From a virus (taxonomy: Duplodnaviria > Caudoviricetes), in the IMG/VR virus record IMGVR_UViG_2895427314_000003, positions 24,745 through 88,744 of that record: a DNA stretch of 64,000 nucleotides; one strand, written 5' to 3'. The number at the start of each line of letters is the position of its first letter. The stretch's first letter is position 1. Shown in pieces: positions 35,717 through 46,117 of the stretch. Under the pieces are notes generated by a model that was given only the letters and a program-made list of their open reading frames with translations, was not told the origin of the DNA and ran no database searches. Both the position numbers and the translations under genes were made by a program.

Positions 35717-38700
35717 GTGAGTCCGATCGCCGACAGGTCTGTAACGGTCGTCTTGAAGGGCGACGTCAAGCCGTTCGTTGCCGAGATGAGCAAGGCCGCC
35801 CTCGCCGCGAGCAAGTTCCGCGACTCGCTCGGCAAGCCGTTGCCCGTCAACCTCGACGCGGCCAGCGCGCAGGCGAAGATTCTGCAACTCGAGCGGGACC
35901 TGGCCAAGCTGCGGGATCGCCGCGACCCCATCCGGCCAGACGTTGACACCGCGCAGGCTCAGGCGAGTATCGCGGAGTTGCAGCGTCGAATGGCGGATCT
36001 GTCGTCACGCACCATCGGCGTGGACCTCGACGCTGGAGCCGCCAAGGCGGAGATTGCTGCGATTCAGCGGGAGTTGGAGGCTCTGAACCGGTCCTCTGCC
36101 GACATCGACGTCCGGGTGGACACGATGCGGGCGCTTGCCGATCTGCGCACCCTTGAGGCGCAGATGACTTCGGTGTCCAGCAGGTCGGCCCGGGTCAAGG
36201 TGGACGCAGACGTCGGCGGGGCGCTCGCCGGCATCGCCATGGTCGGCGCGGCCCTGGCAGGCCTGCCTGCGGTGACGAGCATCGCTGTCGGGGTCGGCGC
36301 GCTAGGCGGCGCATTTGCCGCGGCGGGGGCTGGGGCGGCAGGCTTCGCCGCCGTCGCGGTCCCGAGCCTCGGTCGCATCAACGAGGCGCTTCAGCAGCAG
36401 GCGTCTGCCGCTGGCGGAGCGGGAGGGGCCACCAAGAGCGCCGCACAGTCCGCAGCCGAGGCGGCGTCGCGGGCTCTGCAGTTGGAGCAGGCGGAGCGCC
36501 GTGTCGCGGACGCGCAGAAGAGCGTCAAGGCTGCCCAGGAAGATCTCACCCGGGCGAGGCAGGACGCTAAGCGCGCCCTTGAGGACTACGCCTTCAGCGT
36601 CAAGGACGCCGCCCTTGCCGAAGAAGATGCCGCTCTGTCTGTGGAGGAGGCCGCGAGGCGGCTGGCTGAGGTGCAGGCCGACGACAAGTCCACGGACCTG
36701 GAGATCAGGCGCGCCGAGCTGGCTCACCGGCAGGCGATGGCGCGACTGGAGGAGCAGCAGACCCGCACCAAGCGCCTGAAGGAGGACAAGGCCGAAGCGG
36801 ACCGGAAGGGCGTCGAAGGGTCGGACCAGGTTCGCGCCGCCCAGGACAAGTTGCTCAAGTCGCAGCAGGATCTGGTTGAGGCGCAGAAGCAACTGACGGT
36901 CACCCAGTTGCAGCAGAAGGCTGCGATGGAGCAGGCGGGCGGCGCCGCTGGCGGGGCTGCGTCGAAGTTCGCCGAACTCAGCAAGCGTGAGCAGGCGCTC
37001 GCCAAGGACATCAAGAAGTTCCAGGACTCCTACGTCGCTTGGCAGCGGTCGTTGCAGCCGGACGTGTTTCCTGTGATCAGGTCCGGCATGGATCTCATGT
37101 CGACCGGCATGAAACTGTCCACGCCGCTGATCAAGTCGTCGTCGAAGGCGTTCAACGAACTCCTCAAGGAACTGAACACCGAACTGAAGTCGCAGGAATG
37201 GAAGGACTTCTTCGACGACCTGGCCGAAACGGCTCCGACAGCGATCGACAAGCTGGGCAACTCGGCGATCAACGTGGGGAACGGGCTGCGGGGAGTGTTC
37301 TCGGCGGTCCTGCCAGAGTCGACCGAACTGCTCGGCGTGGTCGAAAGGCTGACGCAGCGATTCGAGGACTGGGGCGAGAACCTCGAAGGGTCGCCAGAGT
37401 TCGAGGAGTTCCTCGCCTACGTGCGGGAGAACGGCCCGAAGGTGGCGGAGATCTTCGGGAATCTGGCCACGTTCGCGGGCAAGCTCGTGGACGTCGGTGC
37501 GGACCTCGGGCCTGGCGTGCTGGACTTCATGGTCGTCCTGTCCGACCGGCTCGCGAATCTTGAGCCTGGCCAGATCCAGGCGATCGCCACCGGCATCGGA
37601 TTGATCTTCGCGGCGGCCAAGGCGGGCACCACCCTCAAGCTGGGGGCCTTCGTTCTGCTCGCCGAGCTGCTGTCGGACATGTCGCCGGGCCAGATCCAGG
37701 CGCTCGCGGTGGCGATCGCCGCCGTGGTGACCGCGGTGAAGGGCTTCCAGGCGGTCACGGGGGCGGCGGAGTTCTTCCGCGGCCTTTCCGGCAGCATGGA
37801 CGCGGCAGGCAAGAGCGCGGACGGAGCCAAGGGCAAACTGACCAACCTGGCAGGGCTGCTCGGCAAAGGCGGCGTCATCGCTGCTGCCGCGGCCGGCACC
37901 GCCCTCGCCGTCGATCAGGTGACTGATTCGCTGGACGGCCTCAACCCGAGCATCGACAAGGTCGCCGATGGGCTCGCCGACTTCGGCCGGGGTGCCGCGC
38001 CGACCGGTGAACTGCTGGACCAGCTCGACCCGAAGCTGCAGAGCCTAGTGGGCCGGTTCGAGACGTTCGGTGACTCGGCGCGCCGGCTGGCGTCGGACAA
38101 CCCGTTCGACGAGCTCGGACGTAGCCTCAGCGGCATCATCGACGACTCGTTCGGCGTCCAGCTTGATGGCGGGCGGCAAGCCATCGACAACCTGGACCAG
38201 GCGCTCGTGCAACTGGTCCAGTCGGGCCGTCCCGAGGAAGCGGCGGGCGCCTTCAACCGTCTCGCCACTCAGGCGCAGGACGCCGGCGTGCCCGTGGACA
38301 AGCTGCGGGAACTGTTCCCGCAGTATGCGGCGAGCCTTGACGGCGCGATCCCGCAGACCGACGCGATGCGGGACGCCATGGGCCTGCTCAAGACCGAAGT
38401 CGATCCGACGGCGGTCGCCATGCAGGCCTTCAACACCTCGCTGGACACCTTCAATGCCAAGACGGACGTCGCGCAGCGGACACTCGAACTGCGGGACGCC
38501 TTCAACGAGGCGAAGAGGGCCGTCGAGGAGGCGGGCGGCAAGCTCGACCTCACGGCCGGGATGACGGACAAGCAGCGTCAGGCCGTCGTCAAGGCGCGGG
38601 ACGAGTTCTCCGGCTACATCACGAAGGTCCTCGAAGCCGCGCGAGCGGCCGGCGAACTCGGGGGCAAGACGGGAGAGGCGGCCCTCAAGAGCGACGAGGC

Positions 38701-39976
38701 CAGAGACGCGTTCATCCGCCAACTGCCACAGTTGTTCGAGCTGGCGGGCAAGTCGTCCGAGGCCAAGGCGCAGATCTACAACCTGGCTGAAGGGTTCGGC
38801 GTCAACCGTGCCCAGGCCGACAAGGCAGCCACCGGCGTCAAGGGCGTCAAGGATGTCATTGGCGAGCTGAAGTCCAAGAAGGTGGATATCGGCGCGGACG
38901 TCTCTGGGGCCATGTCGGCGCTGGGGACGCTGGGCAAGAACATCGCCGCCTTCTTCTCCAAGACGTACACCATCCAGGTCCGCACAGAGCTGCAAGAGCA
39001 TGGGGCTCGGGCGTCGTGGCAGAAGAATGCGAAGGGCGCGATCAACCGGTACGCGCAAGGCGGGATCGAGCGGTACGCCGCCGGCGGTGTGCGGTCCATG
39101 CGCCCACACCTGGCCACCCGGCCCACCATCTTGTACGGGGAGGGCGCGGATGACGAGGCCTTCATCCCGTATGAGGCGAGGTACCGCGAAGAAGCGACCG
39201 CGCTGCTGGGCCAGGTCGCGAACGATTTCGGGCTCAGCCTCAACAACGAGCAGGCGGCTCGCGGGCTTGCGAAGTTGAGCGTCACGATCGACGACTCCGG
39301 CCTGGTGATCAGCGACAAGCTGTCCGGCGTCATGGGCTCCCTAGAGGAGACGATGGGGCAGGCCGGGTCGCTGACGTCCAGCATCAACGGGGTGGCCACG
39401 ACAGCCGAGCAGCTCACCGCGACGGTGGGTGACACGTCGGCTGCCGTGACCGACGCCGTGTCGAGCGTGGCCACCGTGACCGCCGATTCGGTGACGGTCA
39501 TGTCGACGAGCGTGGATGCGCTGACGGTGTCGGTAAAGGACCTGATGACGGCGCTCGCTGAAGGGAAGGCGGGCGGCGGGTCCGGCAAGTCGGGGTCGGC
39601 GAAGAGTTCCGCGCTGAACTTGCTGCTGGAGGCGGCGAAGGGCGTCACTGGTAAGGGCGGCTCGGTCAAGGGCAGTACCCCGGTGGACATGATCGCTGGC
39701 GATTACGGGTCGGGCGGCTACCTGCGAGGCGATTCAGCGCTCACGTACGGCTCGCCGGCCAACGCCTCCAGGGTGTCGGCTCCGCAGCAGATGTCGGCCA
39801 GCAGTAGCACCACCTATGAGTCGCCCGGGGCAACGTCGGGGTCCGGCTCGGGCGGGTCCGGGTCGGGGTCTGGTGGCGGCCCGCTGGTCGCCATGTACGG
39901 GACGACCATCCACCGCGAAGCGGACGCTGACGTTCTCGTGGCGCAGATCGGCGTGCGGGTGGATTCGCGCGGCTGA
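35717..39976 (+). CDS. Tape measure protein
   Basis: 1419 aa, Ala-rich helical/coiled-coil, membrane-like segments, YA.GG...GE...EAFIP motif. Confidence 0.93.
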   Translation: MSPIADRSVTVVLKGDVKPFVAEMSKAALAASKFRDSLGKPLPVNLDAASAQAKILQLERDLAKLRDRRDPIRPDVDTAQAQASIAELQRRMADLSSRTIGVDLDAGAAKAEIAAIQRELEALNRSSADIDVRVDTMRALADLRTLEAQMTSVSSRSARVKVDADVGGALAGIAMVGAALAGLPAVTSIAVGVGALGGAFAAAGAGAAGFAAVAVPSLGRINEALQQQASAAGGAGGATKSAAQSAAEAASRALQLEQAERRVADAQKSVKAAQEDLTRARQDAKRALEDYAFSVKDAALAEEDAALSVEEAARRLAEVQADDKSTDLEIRRAELAHRQAMARLEEQQTRTKRLKEDKAEADRKGVEGSDQVRAAQDKLLKSQQDLVEAQKQLTVTQLQQKAAMEQAGGAAGGAASKFAELSKREQALAKDIKKFQDSYVAWQRSLQPDVFPVIRSGMDLMSTGMKLSTPLIKSSSKAFNELLKELNTELKSQEWKDFFDDLAETAPTAIDKLGNSAINVGNGLRGVFSAVLPESTELLGVVERLTQRFEDWGENLEGSPEFEEFLAYVRENGPKVAEIFGNLATFAGKLVDVGADLGPGVLDFMVVLSDRLANLEPGQIQAIATGIGLIFAAAKAGTTLKLGAFVLLAELLSDMSPGQIQALAVAIAAVVTAVKGFQAVTGAAEFFRGLSGSMDAAGKSADGAKGKLTNLAGLLGKGGVIAAAAAGTALAVDQVTDSLDGLNPSIDKVADGLADFGRGAAPTGELLDQLDPKLQSLVGRFETFGDSARRLASDNPFDELGRSLSGIIDDSFGVQLDGGRQAIDNLDQALVQLVQSGRPEEAAGAFNRLATQAQDAGVPVDKLRELFPQYAASLDGAIPQTDAMRDAMGLLKTEVDPTAVAMQAFNTSLDTFNAKTDVAQRTLELRDAFNEAKRAVEEAGGKLDLTAGMTDKQRQAVVKARDEFSGYITKVLEAARAAGELGGKTGEAALKSDEARDAFIRQLPQLFELAGKSSEAKAQIYNLAEGFGVNRAQADKAATGVKGVKDVIGELKSKKVDIGADVSGAMSALGTLGKNIAAFFSKTYTIQVRTELQEHGARASWQKNAKGAINRYAQGGIERYAAGGVRSMRPHLATRPTILYGEGADDEAFIPYEARYREEATALLGQVANDFGLSLNNEQAARGLAKLSVTIDDSGLVISDKLSGVMGSLEETMGQAGSLTSSINGVATTAEQLTATVGDTSAAVTDAVSSVATVTADSVTVMSTSVDALTVSVKDLMTALAEGKAGGGSGKSGSAKSSALNLLLEAAKGVTGKGGSVKGSTPVDMIAGDYGSGGYLRGDSALTYGSPANASRVSAPQQMSASSSTTYESPGATSGSGSGGSGSGSGGGPLVAMYGTTIHREADADVLVAQIGVRVDSRG

Positions 39977-40017
39977 GCCCGCTCAACATCAACACGGATT
40001 GGAGGGCGGGCTTCGCC

Positions 40018-40248
40018 ATGCCTGAACAGCCCGATGAGGGCCTCTCATATGCGGAGCAGTTGCGCCGCAAGGGCATCCAGGTCCGGACGACGGGCTGGAC
40101 GTGGGCCACCCGGGACCAGGTGGCGGAGTGGACCGGCGCTGACGGTGGCCGCTTCAAGCGGACCACGGACCAGGCGGGCCATGAGACCACGCAGGAAACC
40201 ACCCCGGACGGCCACGAGAAGCAGCACGTCCGCGTCAACCTCAGATAG
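40018..40248 (+). CDS. Small phage protein, paralog of 16601-16888
   Basis: Clear by-eye alignment over about 50 aa. Confidence 0.75.
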   Translation: MPEQPDEGLSYAEQLRRKGIQVRTTGWTWATRDQVAEWTGADGGRFKRTTDQAGHETTQETTPDGHEKQHVRVNLR

Positions 40249-40259
40249 GAGCGGACGGC

Positions 40260-40727
40260 ATGGCGATCACGCAGGACGCCTGGTTCGTGGACACCTACGC
40301 CAAGGTCATGCGCCAGACGACGACCATTGATGTGGGCAGCACGACGCCGGGCCTGTTCAAGGGGGCGCTCTTCACGGGGAGCGTCGTGCCGGACTTCAAC
40401 CAGACGAACCCGGCCTATGGGTCGTCGCCGCTCAACAGTGGCGAGTCGTCAGGGCCGGGTTATACGGCGGGCGGGCAGGACCTGACCGTCGCCTCGTTCG
40501 GGACGCTGACGGCGACGAACAAGGTCGGGTGGCGGTTCGCCACCGTCACGTGGGAGGCCACGACGCTGAGCGCGGAGGGGCTGCTCATTTACGCGCCCGG
40601 CTTGTCGAACAAGGCGTTCGTGCTGCGGTCCTTCGACGGAGTCAAGACCACGGCGGACGGCACGTTCGAGATTTCCTTCGACTCCGAGGGCGGGGCGTGG
40701 CGTGTCGTGCTCCGCAACACCGCCTGA
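40260..40727 (+). CDS. Putative virion structural protein, paralog of 17099-17551
   Basis: Shared ALFT..PDF..AYG.SP.N..E.SG.GYTAGG. Confidence 0.75.
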   Translation: MAITQDAWFVDTYAKVMRQTTTIDVGSTTPGLFKGALFTGSVVPDFNQTNPAYGSSPLNSGESSGPGYTAGGQDLTVASFGTLTATNKVGWRFATVTWEATTLSAEGLLIYAPGLSNKAFVLRSFDGVKTTADGTFEISFDSEGGAWRVVLRNTA

Positions 40728-40787
40728 CCTGGTTTCCGACCTCAGCCCCGCCGGCGTGCGGGGCTTTCGCATGAAAGGGGCCAGGTC

Positions 40788-41234
40788 ATGGCTCGATACA
40801 CGGCCGCCGTCGAAGGTGTCGCCTCCGGCACGGCCGCCAAGACGCTGCTGCAGATCGTCGCGGGCACGCAGCGGTGCGGCGTGTACGGCATCCGCGTCTC
40901 CTGTAAGGGCACCAGCTCGATCGCGGAGCCGGTACGGTTCCGGCTGGTCCGGCAGACGACGGCGGGCACCTCGGGCGGTACGGCGTCGATCGGGTCGGTG
41001 GACTCCTCAGGCGTCTCAGCGACCGCGACGGCGAACATCACCTTCTCCTCCACCGAACCCACCTCTGGTGATCTGCTGTTCAGTCAGGAGGTGCACCCGC
41101 AGACCGGGATGGCCGAATACATTCCGCTCGGCGACGAGATCGTGATCCCGGCATCCGGTCGGCTCGGCCTGACGGTGACCGCCGCCGCGACCGTCAACTG
41201 CACCGTCCAACTGTACTGGCGCGAAGGCCACTGA
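40788..41234 (+). CDS. Beta-rich minor tail-like protein
   Basis: Ser/Thr/Gly-rich; in tail operon. Confidence 0.7.
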   Translation: MARYTAAVEGVASGTAAKTLLQIVAGTQRCGVYGIRVSCKGTSSIAEPVRFRLVRQTTAGTSGGTASIGSVDSSGVSATATANITFSSTEPTSGDLLFSQEVHPQTGMAEYIPLGDEIVIPASGRLGLTVTAAATVNCTVQLYWREGH

Positions 41235-41238
41235 ACTC

Positions 41239-41913
41239 GTGGCGACACTGCGTAACAACTTCAACGGCGGCAGCAACGGCACCGAGATCACGACAGGCAA
41301 TTCTGGGGGTGTCTCCGGGGACGCCGTGCAGCACATCGTTGGCGCGCCCACCTTCAGCAACACTCAGGCTCACTCCGGAACGTTGTCGTGCGCGACTGTC
41401 GCCTCCGACTTCTCCGGGGTCGGGTTCGAACTGGCAGGGGCGACCTTCTGGGTGCGGTTCTACGCCTACCTGACGCAGCACGTGGCCGGGAGTCTGCTGC
41501 GGCTGTGGGACAACGTGGACGCCAGCGGCGCCTACCAGGGCGGCATCGAAACCAAAGCGAACGGCTTTCTCGACCTGGTATGCGGCGGCGCCACGGTCAA
41601 CGTGGCCGGCGCGGCGGTGACGCTCAACCAGTGGGTGCGCGTCGAAGCCATGTTCTCCACCACGAACGGCGCGTCGGCACAGTTGTACAACTCGTCCGAT
41701 TCGGGCACGGTGTCGGCGTCGGCGTCCACCGCGTCCGACCTTGGCGGCACATGCCGGACGCAGGAGATTCTCCGGCCGTCCGACGTGACGGTCGTCCAGT
41801 ATTTCGACGATTTCGCGGTCTCCACCGACGGTCCCCTGGGTCCTGCTGTCGATCCTGCCCCGCGCCCCACGCTGGTGGCTGCGACTGCCGTCCACCGCGC
41901 GTCTCGCTGGTAG
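41239..41913 (+). CDS. Minor tail protein with concanavalin/LamG-like beta-sandwich
   Basis: N.F.GG.NGT.IT..NSGG, W.RFY.Y, LNQWVRVE, YFDDFAVS. Confidence 0.7.
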   Translation: MATLRNNFNGGSNGTEITTGNSGGVSGDAVQHIVGAPTFSNTQAHSGTLSCATVASDFSGVGFELAGATFWVRFYAYLTQHVAGSLLRLWDNVDASGAYQGGIETKANGFLDLVCGGATVNVAGAAVTLNQWVRVEAMFSTTNGASAQLYNSSDSGTVSASASTASDLGGTCRTQEILRPSDVTVVQYFDDFAVSTDGPLGPAVDPAPRPTLVAATAVHRASRW

Positions 41914-41925
41914 GGGGGAGGCCGG

Positions 41926-43008
41926 GTGTCCCGGTACGGTCGCGCCTTTCCGGCCCCGCAACGCCGGACCGTCCCCTCCTACCGGGGCGTTCCGCAGCAG
42001 TTCACCCTCCCGGTTTTCGAATCGGTCAGCGAGTGGCCCAACCTTGAGGTCATCACGCCGAACGTGAACGTGCTGCTCGCACCGTTCGAGTCGGCGTCGG
42101 AGTGGCCCGCCCTGACGTTGCGCTTCGAGCAGCGGTTCACCTTGGCCCCGTTTGAGTCGCTGTCGGAATGGCCGCCGCTGGCGGTGACGATCCCGGTCAA
42201 GCCCGGTGACAGCCTCACCGGCGCGAACGGCGAGGTCGAATGGAACGGCACCCTGTGGGGGCCCGCCACCGATGTGCGGGTGCTGCTGCCTGTGGAGGGG
42301 TGGCTGGGCAGCCCGAGCATTGACAACCTGAACGTTGAGAGGCCGGGCAGGCACGGCGCGTGGGATGCCCGCAAAGTCGCCAAGCAGCGCATCGTCTCCA
42401 TCAGGTTGCAGCCGAACTCGGCCGCCGACCCCACCCAGGTGCAGGACCTGATCGACCAGGTTCTGGCGGTGACCGGCATCCCTGAGGATGAGGCGCCGCT
42501 CCCGCTGGTGATCAAAGCGTACGGGGCGCCGAAACTCGCGTACGGGCAGGTCGTGGACCGGCCGCTCACCCTGGACGGCGACTACAACGTGGGCATGCCC
42601 ACGATGGGCGTGGTCATCGCGTGCGCGGACCCGCGCCTGTACAGCCTGGAGCGGGCAGGCGTCACCGTCCCGGTCGGCTTGCCGACCACGCTGGCCAACA
42701 CCGGCAACGCCTCCAGCCACCCGGTCATCCGCATCGAAGGGCCGGCGACGAACCCGGTCCTGACCAACCAGACACTCGGCCGCACCCTGCAGTTCGCCAT
42801 CACGCTCGGCGAAGGCGACCTGATGGAGATCGACACCGACTTCGGGACGGCGACCGTCGCCGACGAGAACGTGATGTCCACCCTGGCAGGCTCGTCGGTG
42901 CCGGTCTCCGACTTCGTGCTGAAGGCGGGCTCCAACACCATCACCTACGCCGTCACCTCCGGCGGCGGCGAAGGCGCCGACTTCCTGTGGCGGCACGCCA
43001 CCCTCTAG
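41926..43008 (+). CDS. Distal tail protein (Dit) with N-terminal three-repeat extension
   Basis: FES.SEWP x3, then GW...P..D....RPG.HG, DP..YS, N.GN....PVI.I.GP.TNP, L..G.N.I. Confidence 0.8.
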   Translation: MSRYGRAFPAPQRRTVPSYRGVPQQFTLPVFESVSEWPNLEVITPNVNVLLAPFESASEWPALTLRFEQRFTLAPFESLSEWPPLAVTIPVKPGDSLTGANGEVEWNGTLWGPATDVRVLLPVEGWLGSPSIDNLNVERPGRHGAWDARKVAKQRIVSIRLQPNSAADPTQVQDLIDQVLAVTGIPEDEAPLPLVIKAYGAPKLAYGQVVDRPLTLDGDYNVGMPTMGVVIACADPRLYSLERAGVTVPVGLPTTLANTGNASSHPVIRIEGPATNPVLTNQTLGRTLQFAITLGEGDLMEIDTDFGTATVADENVMSTLAGSSVPVSDFVLKAGSNTITYAVTSGGGEGADFLWRHATL

Positions 43009-43055
43009 TCCTCCACCTCTTCCCCTGCTGACCGCCCGAGAGGGGAGGCGCAGGG

Positions 43056-44888
43056 ATGACCGCTGGTGTCCGCTCCGTGAAGGTCACCCACATCAACGGC
43101 GGCAACGGCGAAGCAGCCCGGGGAGCGGCCTCGCCCGGCGACGTGCTGGTGGCGTTCATGTCGGCGGACTCCGGCGGGAACTTCGCCATGAGCCTGGGCG
43201 GCGCCTGGATTTTTGGCGGCAGCATGCCGGGCGGCGTCTGGCCGGGCTCCAACAGCGGCACCTGGGCGGGCACGAAGATCTACACGAAGGTGTGCGAGGC
43301 TGGCGAGCCCGCCACCTACCAGGCGTTCGGCGGCGCGGTCGCGGACACGATGGTCACGATCGTCGCGGTCGCCGCCGCGCAGACCGACAACGTCGTCATC
43401 CAGCTCGGCGCGAACGGATCCTCGTTCGCCCCGGGCGCGACGCCTGCCGAAGCGTCCGGCCTGCAACTGCGGTACATGGCGGGGGTGCCGTCGCCGCCTG
43501 GCGCGTCAGTGTCATGGTCGGTCCCGGCCGGGTTCACGGAGCTGGTGGACGAGCAGGGCGATTTTTTCACCTCGGTGATGGTGGCGTCGGCGCCGGTCGT
43601 GTCGTCGCTGGATGTGCCGTTCGTGACGTTCTCCTCCTCGCCTTCTCTGGCGGCGGTGCACGGCATCACGGTGCTGATCGCGTCCACGACGCCGCCGGTG
43701 CCGGATCCGCCGGTGGTGCAGCCGTACGCGCCCGGCAAAGGCTCCTCCCAGTACCGGTATGTGGTGACGGACCTGCGATCACGGCAGTACATGGGCGACC
43801 TGGAGCTGGAGAACGTCTCCTTCGACAAACGGATCCTGCAAGCCGGATCTTTCTCGGCGACGATCCCGATCCCGTCGCGGCGGGTGGGCGACCAGATCGC
43901 CGAGATCATCCCCCGGGATGAGACGTACCTGGACAGAGGGCCGGGTGTGATCACGGTGCAGATCTTCCGTGAGGGAGAGCCGTGGGGCGAGTACTGGATC
44001 ACCTCCGCGCAGCCGTCCCGCAGCCGCCGCGGCACCCCGGAGATCCAGCTACGCGGCTCCACGCTGGAGGCCTACCTGTCCCGGGTCGAGATCCAGTCGG
44101 ATCTCTTCTACACGGGCACCGACCAGGTGGAGATCGCCCGGTCGCTGCTGTCCGACCTCATGTCCGACGACCACGCGGGGATCGGCCTCAACCTGCAGTC
44201 CGGCAACTCCGGCGTCGCCCGGGACCGCGTCTACCTCGACACCGAAGGCGGCACCTACGGGCAGCGGCTCATCGAGCTGGCACAGGTCGATGACGGCTTC
44301 GAATGGATGATCAACTTCGAGCTGGTGGACGGCTCGCTGGTCCGCAACTGGGTGTGGGGCTACCCGCGGCTCGGCGTCCAGGACCCGCCCCCGCACCTGT
44401 TCGCCGACGGCCGGTCAGGCGGCGACATCCTCGAATGGAGCGAGGAGATCGACGCGCTGCGCGGCGCGACCAGGTGGCGGGCGCGCGGCTCCTCTTCCAG
44501 CGGAGACGCGTCCGTCGCCGCAACCCCGCTCATCTCCGCGGTGCACGAGGCGACCGCCCACCTCGAAGCGGGCTGGCCCCGACTGGACAAAACCCTGTCG
44601 TACTCGACAGTGACCGAGCAGGCCACGCTCGACGACTACGCCGCCTTCTGGGCACAACGAGCTGCCGGCGCCTTGCGCGTCGACCAGGTGACCGTCACGT
44701 TCGGCAAGAACCCGTCCCTCACCCCGAACAACCTGGGCGACGCGGCGAGGCTGTACTTCAACAACGAATGGCATCTGCCGCACTGGCGGACCCGCCGCGT
44801 CATCGGCATCGGCATCACCCCCACCTCCCGCGCCAGCGGCAAAGAAGAAGCCCGATTGGTGCTCGAAGGACAGGAGGCGCCCACCTGA
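43056..44888 (+). CDS. Baseplate hub/Tal-like minor tail protein with N-terminal beta-sandwich
   Basis: YRYVVTDLRS...GDL.L..V.F...I...G.FSATI, W.YP.LG, GWP.LD. Confidence 0.8.
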   Translation: MTAGVRSVKVTHINGGNGEAARGAASPGDVLVAFMSADSGGNFAMSLGGAWIFGGSMPGGVWPGSNSGTWAGTKIYTKVCEAGEPATYQAFGGAVADTMVTIVAVAAAQTDNVVIQLGANGSSFAPGATPAEASGLQLRYMAGVPSPPGASVSWSVPAGFTELVDEQGDFFTSVMVASAPVVSSLDVPFVTFSSSPSLAAVHGITVLIASTTPPVPDPPVVQPYAPGKGSSQYRYVVTDLRSRQYMGDLELENVSFDKRILQAGSFSATIPIPSRRVGDQIAEIIPRDETYLDRGPGVITVQIFREGEPWGEYWITSAQPSRSRRGTPEIQLRGSTLEAYLSRVEIQSDLFYTGTDQVEIARSLLSDLMSDDHAGIGLNLQSGNSGVARDRVYLDTEGGTYGQRLIELAQVDDGFEWMINFELVDGSLVRNWVWGYPRLGVQDPPPHLFADGRSGGDILEWSEEIDALRGATRWRARGSSSSGDASVAATPLISAVHEATAHLEAGWPRLDKTLSYSTVTEQATLDDYAAFWAQRAAGALRVDQVTVTFGKNPSLTPNNLGDAARLYFNNEWHLPHWRTRRVIGIGITPTSRASGKEEARLVLEGQEAPT

Positions 44889-45271
44889 TGCCTGACGTCT
44901 ATCCCACCGACCTGACCCAGCGGATCCGCGACCTGGAGAAAGCCGTCGAGGAACTCCGGGCGGGAGCGTCCCGCGAGGCGCTCACCGAGGCGTCGCAGGG
45001 CTGGGTGCTGAGAGAGATGGCCACCCCCAGCGTGCCGCCCACCGGCGACATCCACATCTACGCCCAAGGCGGCCAACTGTATGCCCGCTCCAGCTTCGGG
45101 ACGATCGCGTTGAACGACCAGGCGAAAGCGGGCTTCGTGCAGGCGGTCGGCGCCGCGAACGCGGGCACCACGTACACGACGTCCGAGCAGGATCTGCTGA
45201 ACCAGTTGAAGGACCGCGTCAACCTGATCATCACCAACATGAAGATCGCCGGGCTGATGGACACCATCTAG
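44888..45271 (+). CDS. Small tail-tip protein
   Basis: DL..RI.DLE..VEEL coiled start; TGATG overlap. Confidence 0.7.
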   Translation: MPDVYPTDLTQRIRDLEKAVEELRAGASREALTEASQGWVLREMATPSVPPTGDIHIYAQGGQLYARSSFGTIALNDQAKAGFVQAVGAANAGTTYTTSEQDLLNQLKDRVNLIITNMKIAGLMDTI

Positions 45272-45365
45272 CCCGCCCTAATGCGTGGCCGTCCGCGTAC
45301 CGGAATCCAGCCCTGAGGGTGTGCTGGGACGCGTCGGTAGAGGGAGCGCGGGCGGCCATCCCTTG

Positions 45366-45608
45366 CTAGTCAGAGCTGCTGTTCCTGCGTTCCCGCCAGG
45401 CGCGAAAGAGAAGTCCGACAACCACGACGGCAACGGAACCGGCACCGGTCAGCAACGCGTCGGAGATGTCCCCGTGGAGAAGGAACGGAACCACTGCCAG
45501 GGCGGCTGACGTGATCGCTGCCACCACCACCAGAATCAGCGCGGCCAGCCCATACCGCAACGCCCTCTTCAAGACCTCGCCCCCATGCGCGGAGTCTAGC
45601 CGCGCCAT
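45366..45608 (-). CDS. Small two-TM membrane protein (antisense)
   Basis: Two long hydrophobic stretches, basic C-terminus. Confidence 0.55.
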   Translation of the reverse strand: MARLDSAHGGEVLKRALRYGLAALILVVVAAITSAALAVVPFLLHGDISDALLTGAGSVAVVVVGLLFRAWRERRNSSSD

Positions 45609-45685
45609 TTGTCTCCTTGATCGGTGCCGCCCGTTCCTGAGGATGCGCACGGGCGGCACCCCAACCTCCGCGAGAGAGGAACGCG

Positions 45686-46117
45686 TTGAAACGGTTCGTC
45701 CCCCTCGCGGAACATCCCTTCGAACTACTCGTCGGCCTGGCCGCGTTCCTGTCCGGTGCTGCCCTCGTGTTCGGGGCAGGACCACCCACCAGCCTGAACG
45801 CCACCCTCCCGCCAGCGGTCGCGTGGGCGTGGGGTGGCATCCAACTCCTGGCAGGGGCGCTCATCATCGTCGGCATCGTCATCCGCTACTGGCGTCCCGC
45901 CCTGCTCATCGTCGGATTCCGGATGGAAAGAGCCGGCCTGTGGCCGCTCGCCGCCGCCGCGACTGTGTACGGGATCGTCGTCGTCGGCTACGCCGGCGTC
46001 CGCGCCATCTACCCTGCGGGCGTCCTGGTGGCAGTGGCTGTCGCGTGCGCTGCCCGTGCTGTCGCGGTGTCCCGTCTGGAGAAGACCATCCGCAAACACA
46101 CGGGAGGCACCGATTGA
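45686..46117 (+). CDS. Four-TM membrane protein of lysis module
   Basis: HPFE....., four hydrophobic helices, upstream of endolysin. Confidence 0.75.
   Translation: MKRFVPLAEHPFELLVGLAAFLSGAALVFGAGPPTSLNATLPPAVAWAWGGIQLLAGALIIVGIVIRYWRPALLIVGFRMERAGLWPLAAAATVYGIVVVGYAGVRAIYPAGVLVAVAVACAARAVAVSRLEKTIRKHTGGTD

Noticed and set aside
39780-39890. Gly/Ser low-complexity repeats (GGGTCCGG units)
   Set aside because: Coding linker near the tape-measure C-terminus, common in these proteins.
41194-42996. 600-aa minus-strand ORF
   Set aside because: Shadow of the minor tail and Dit genes.
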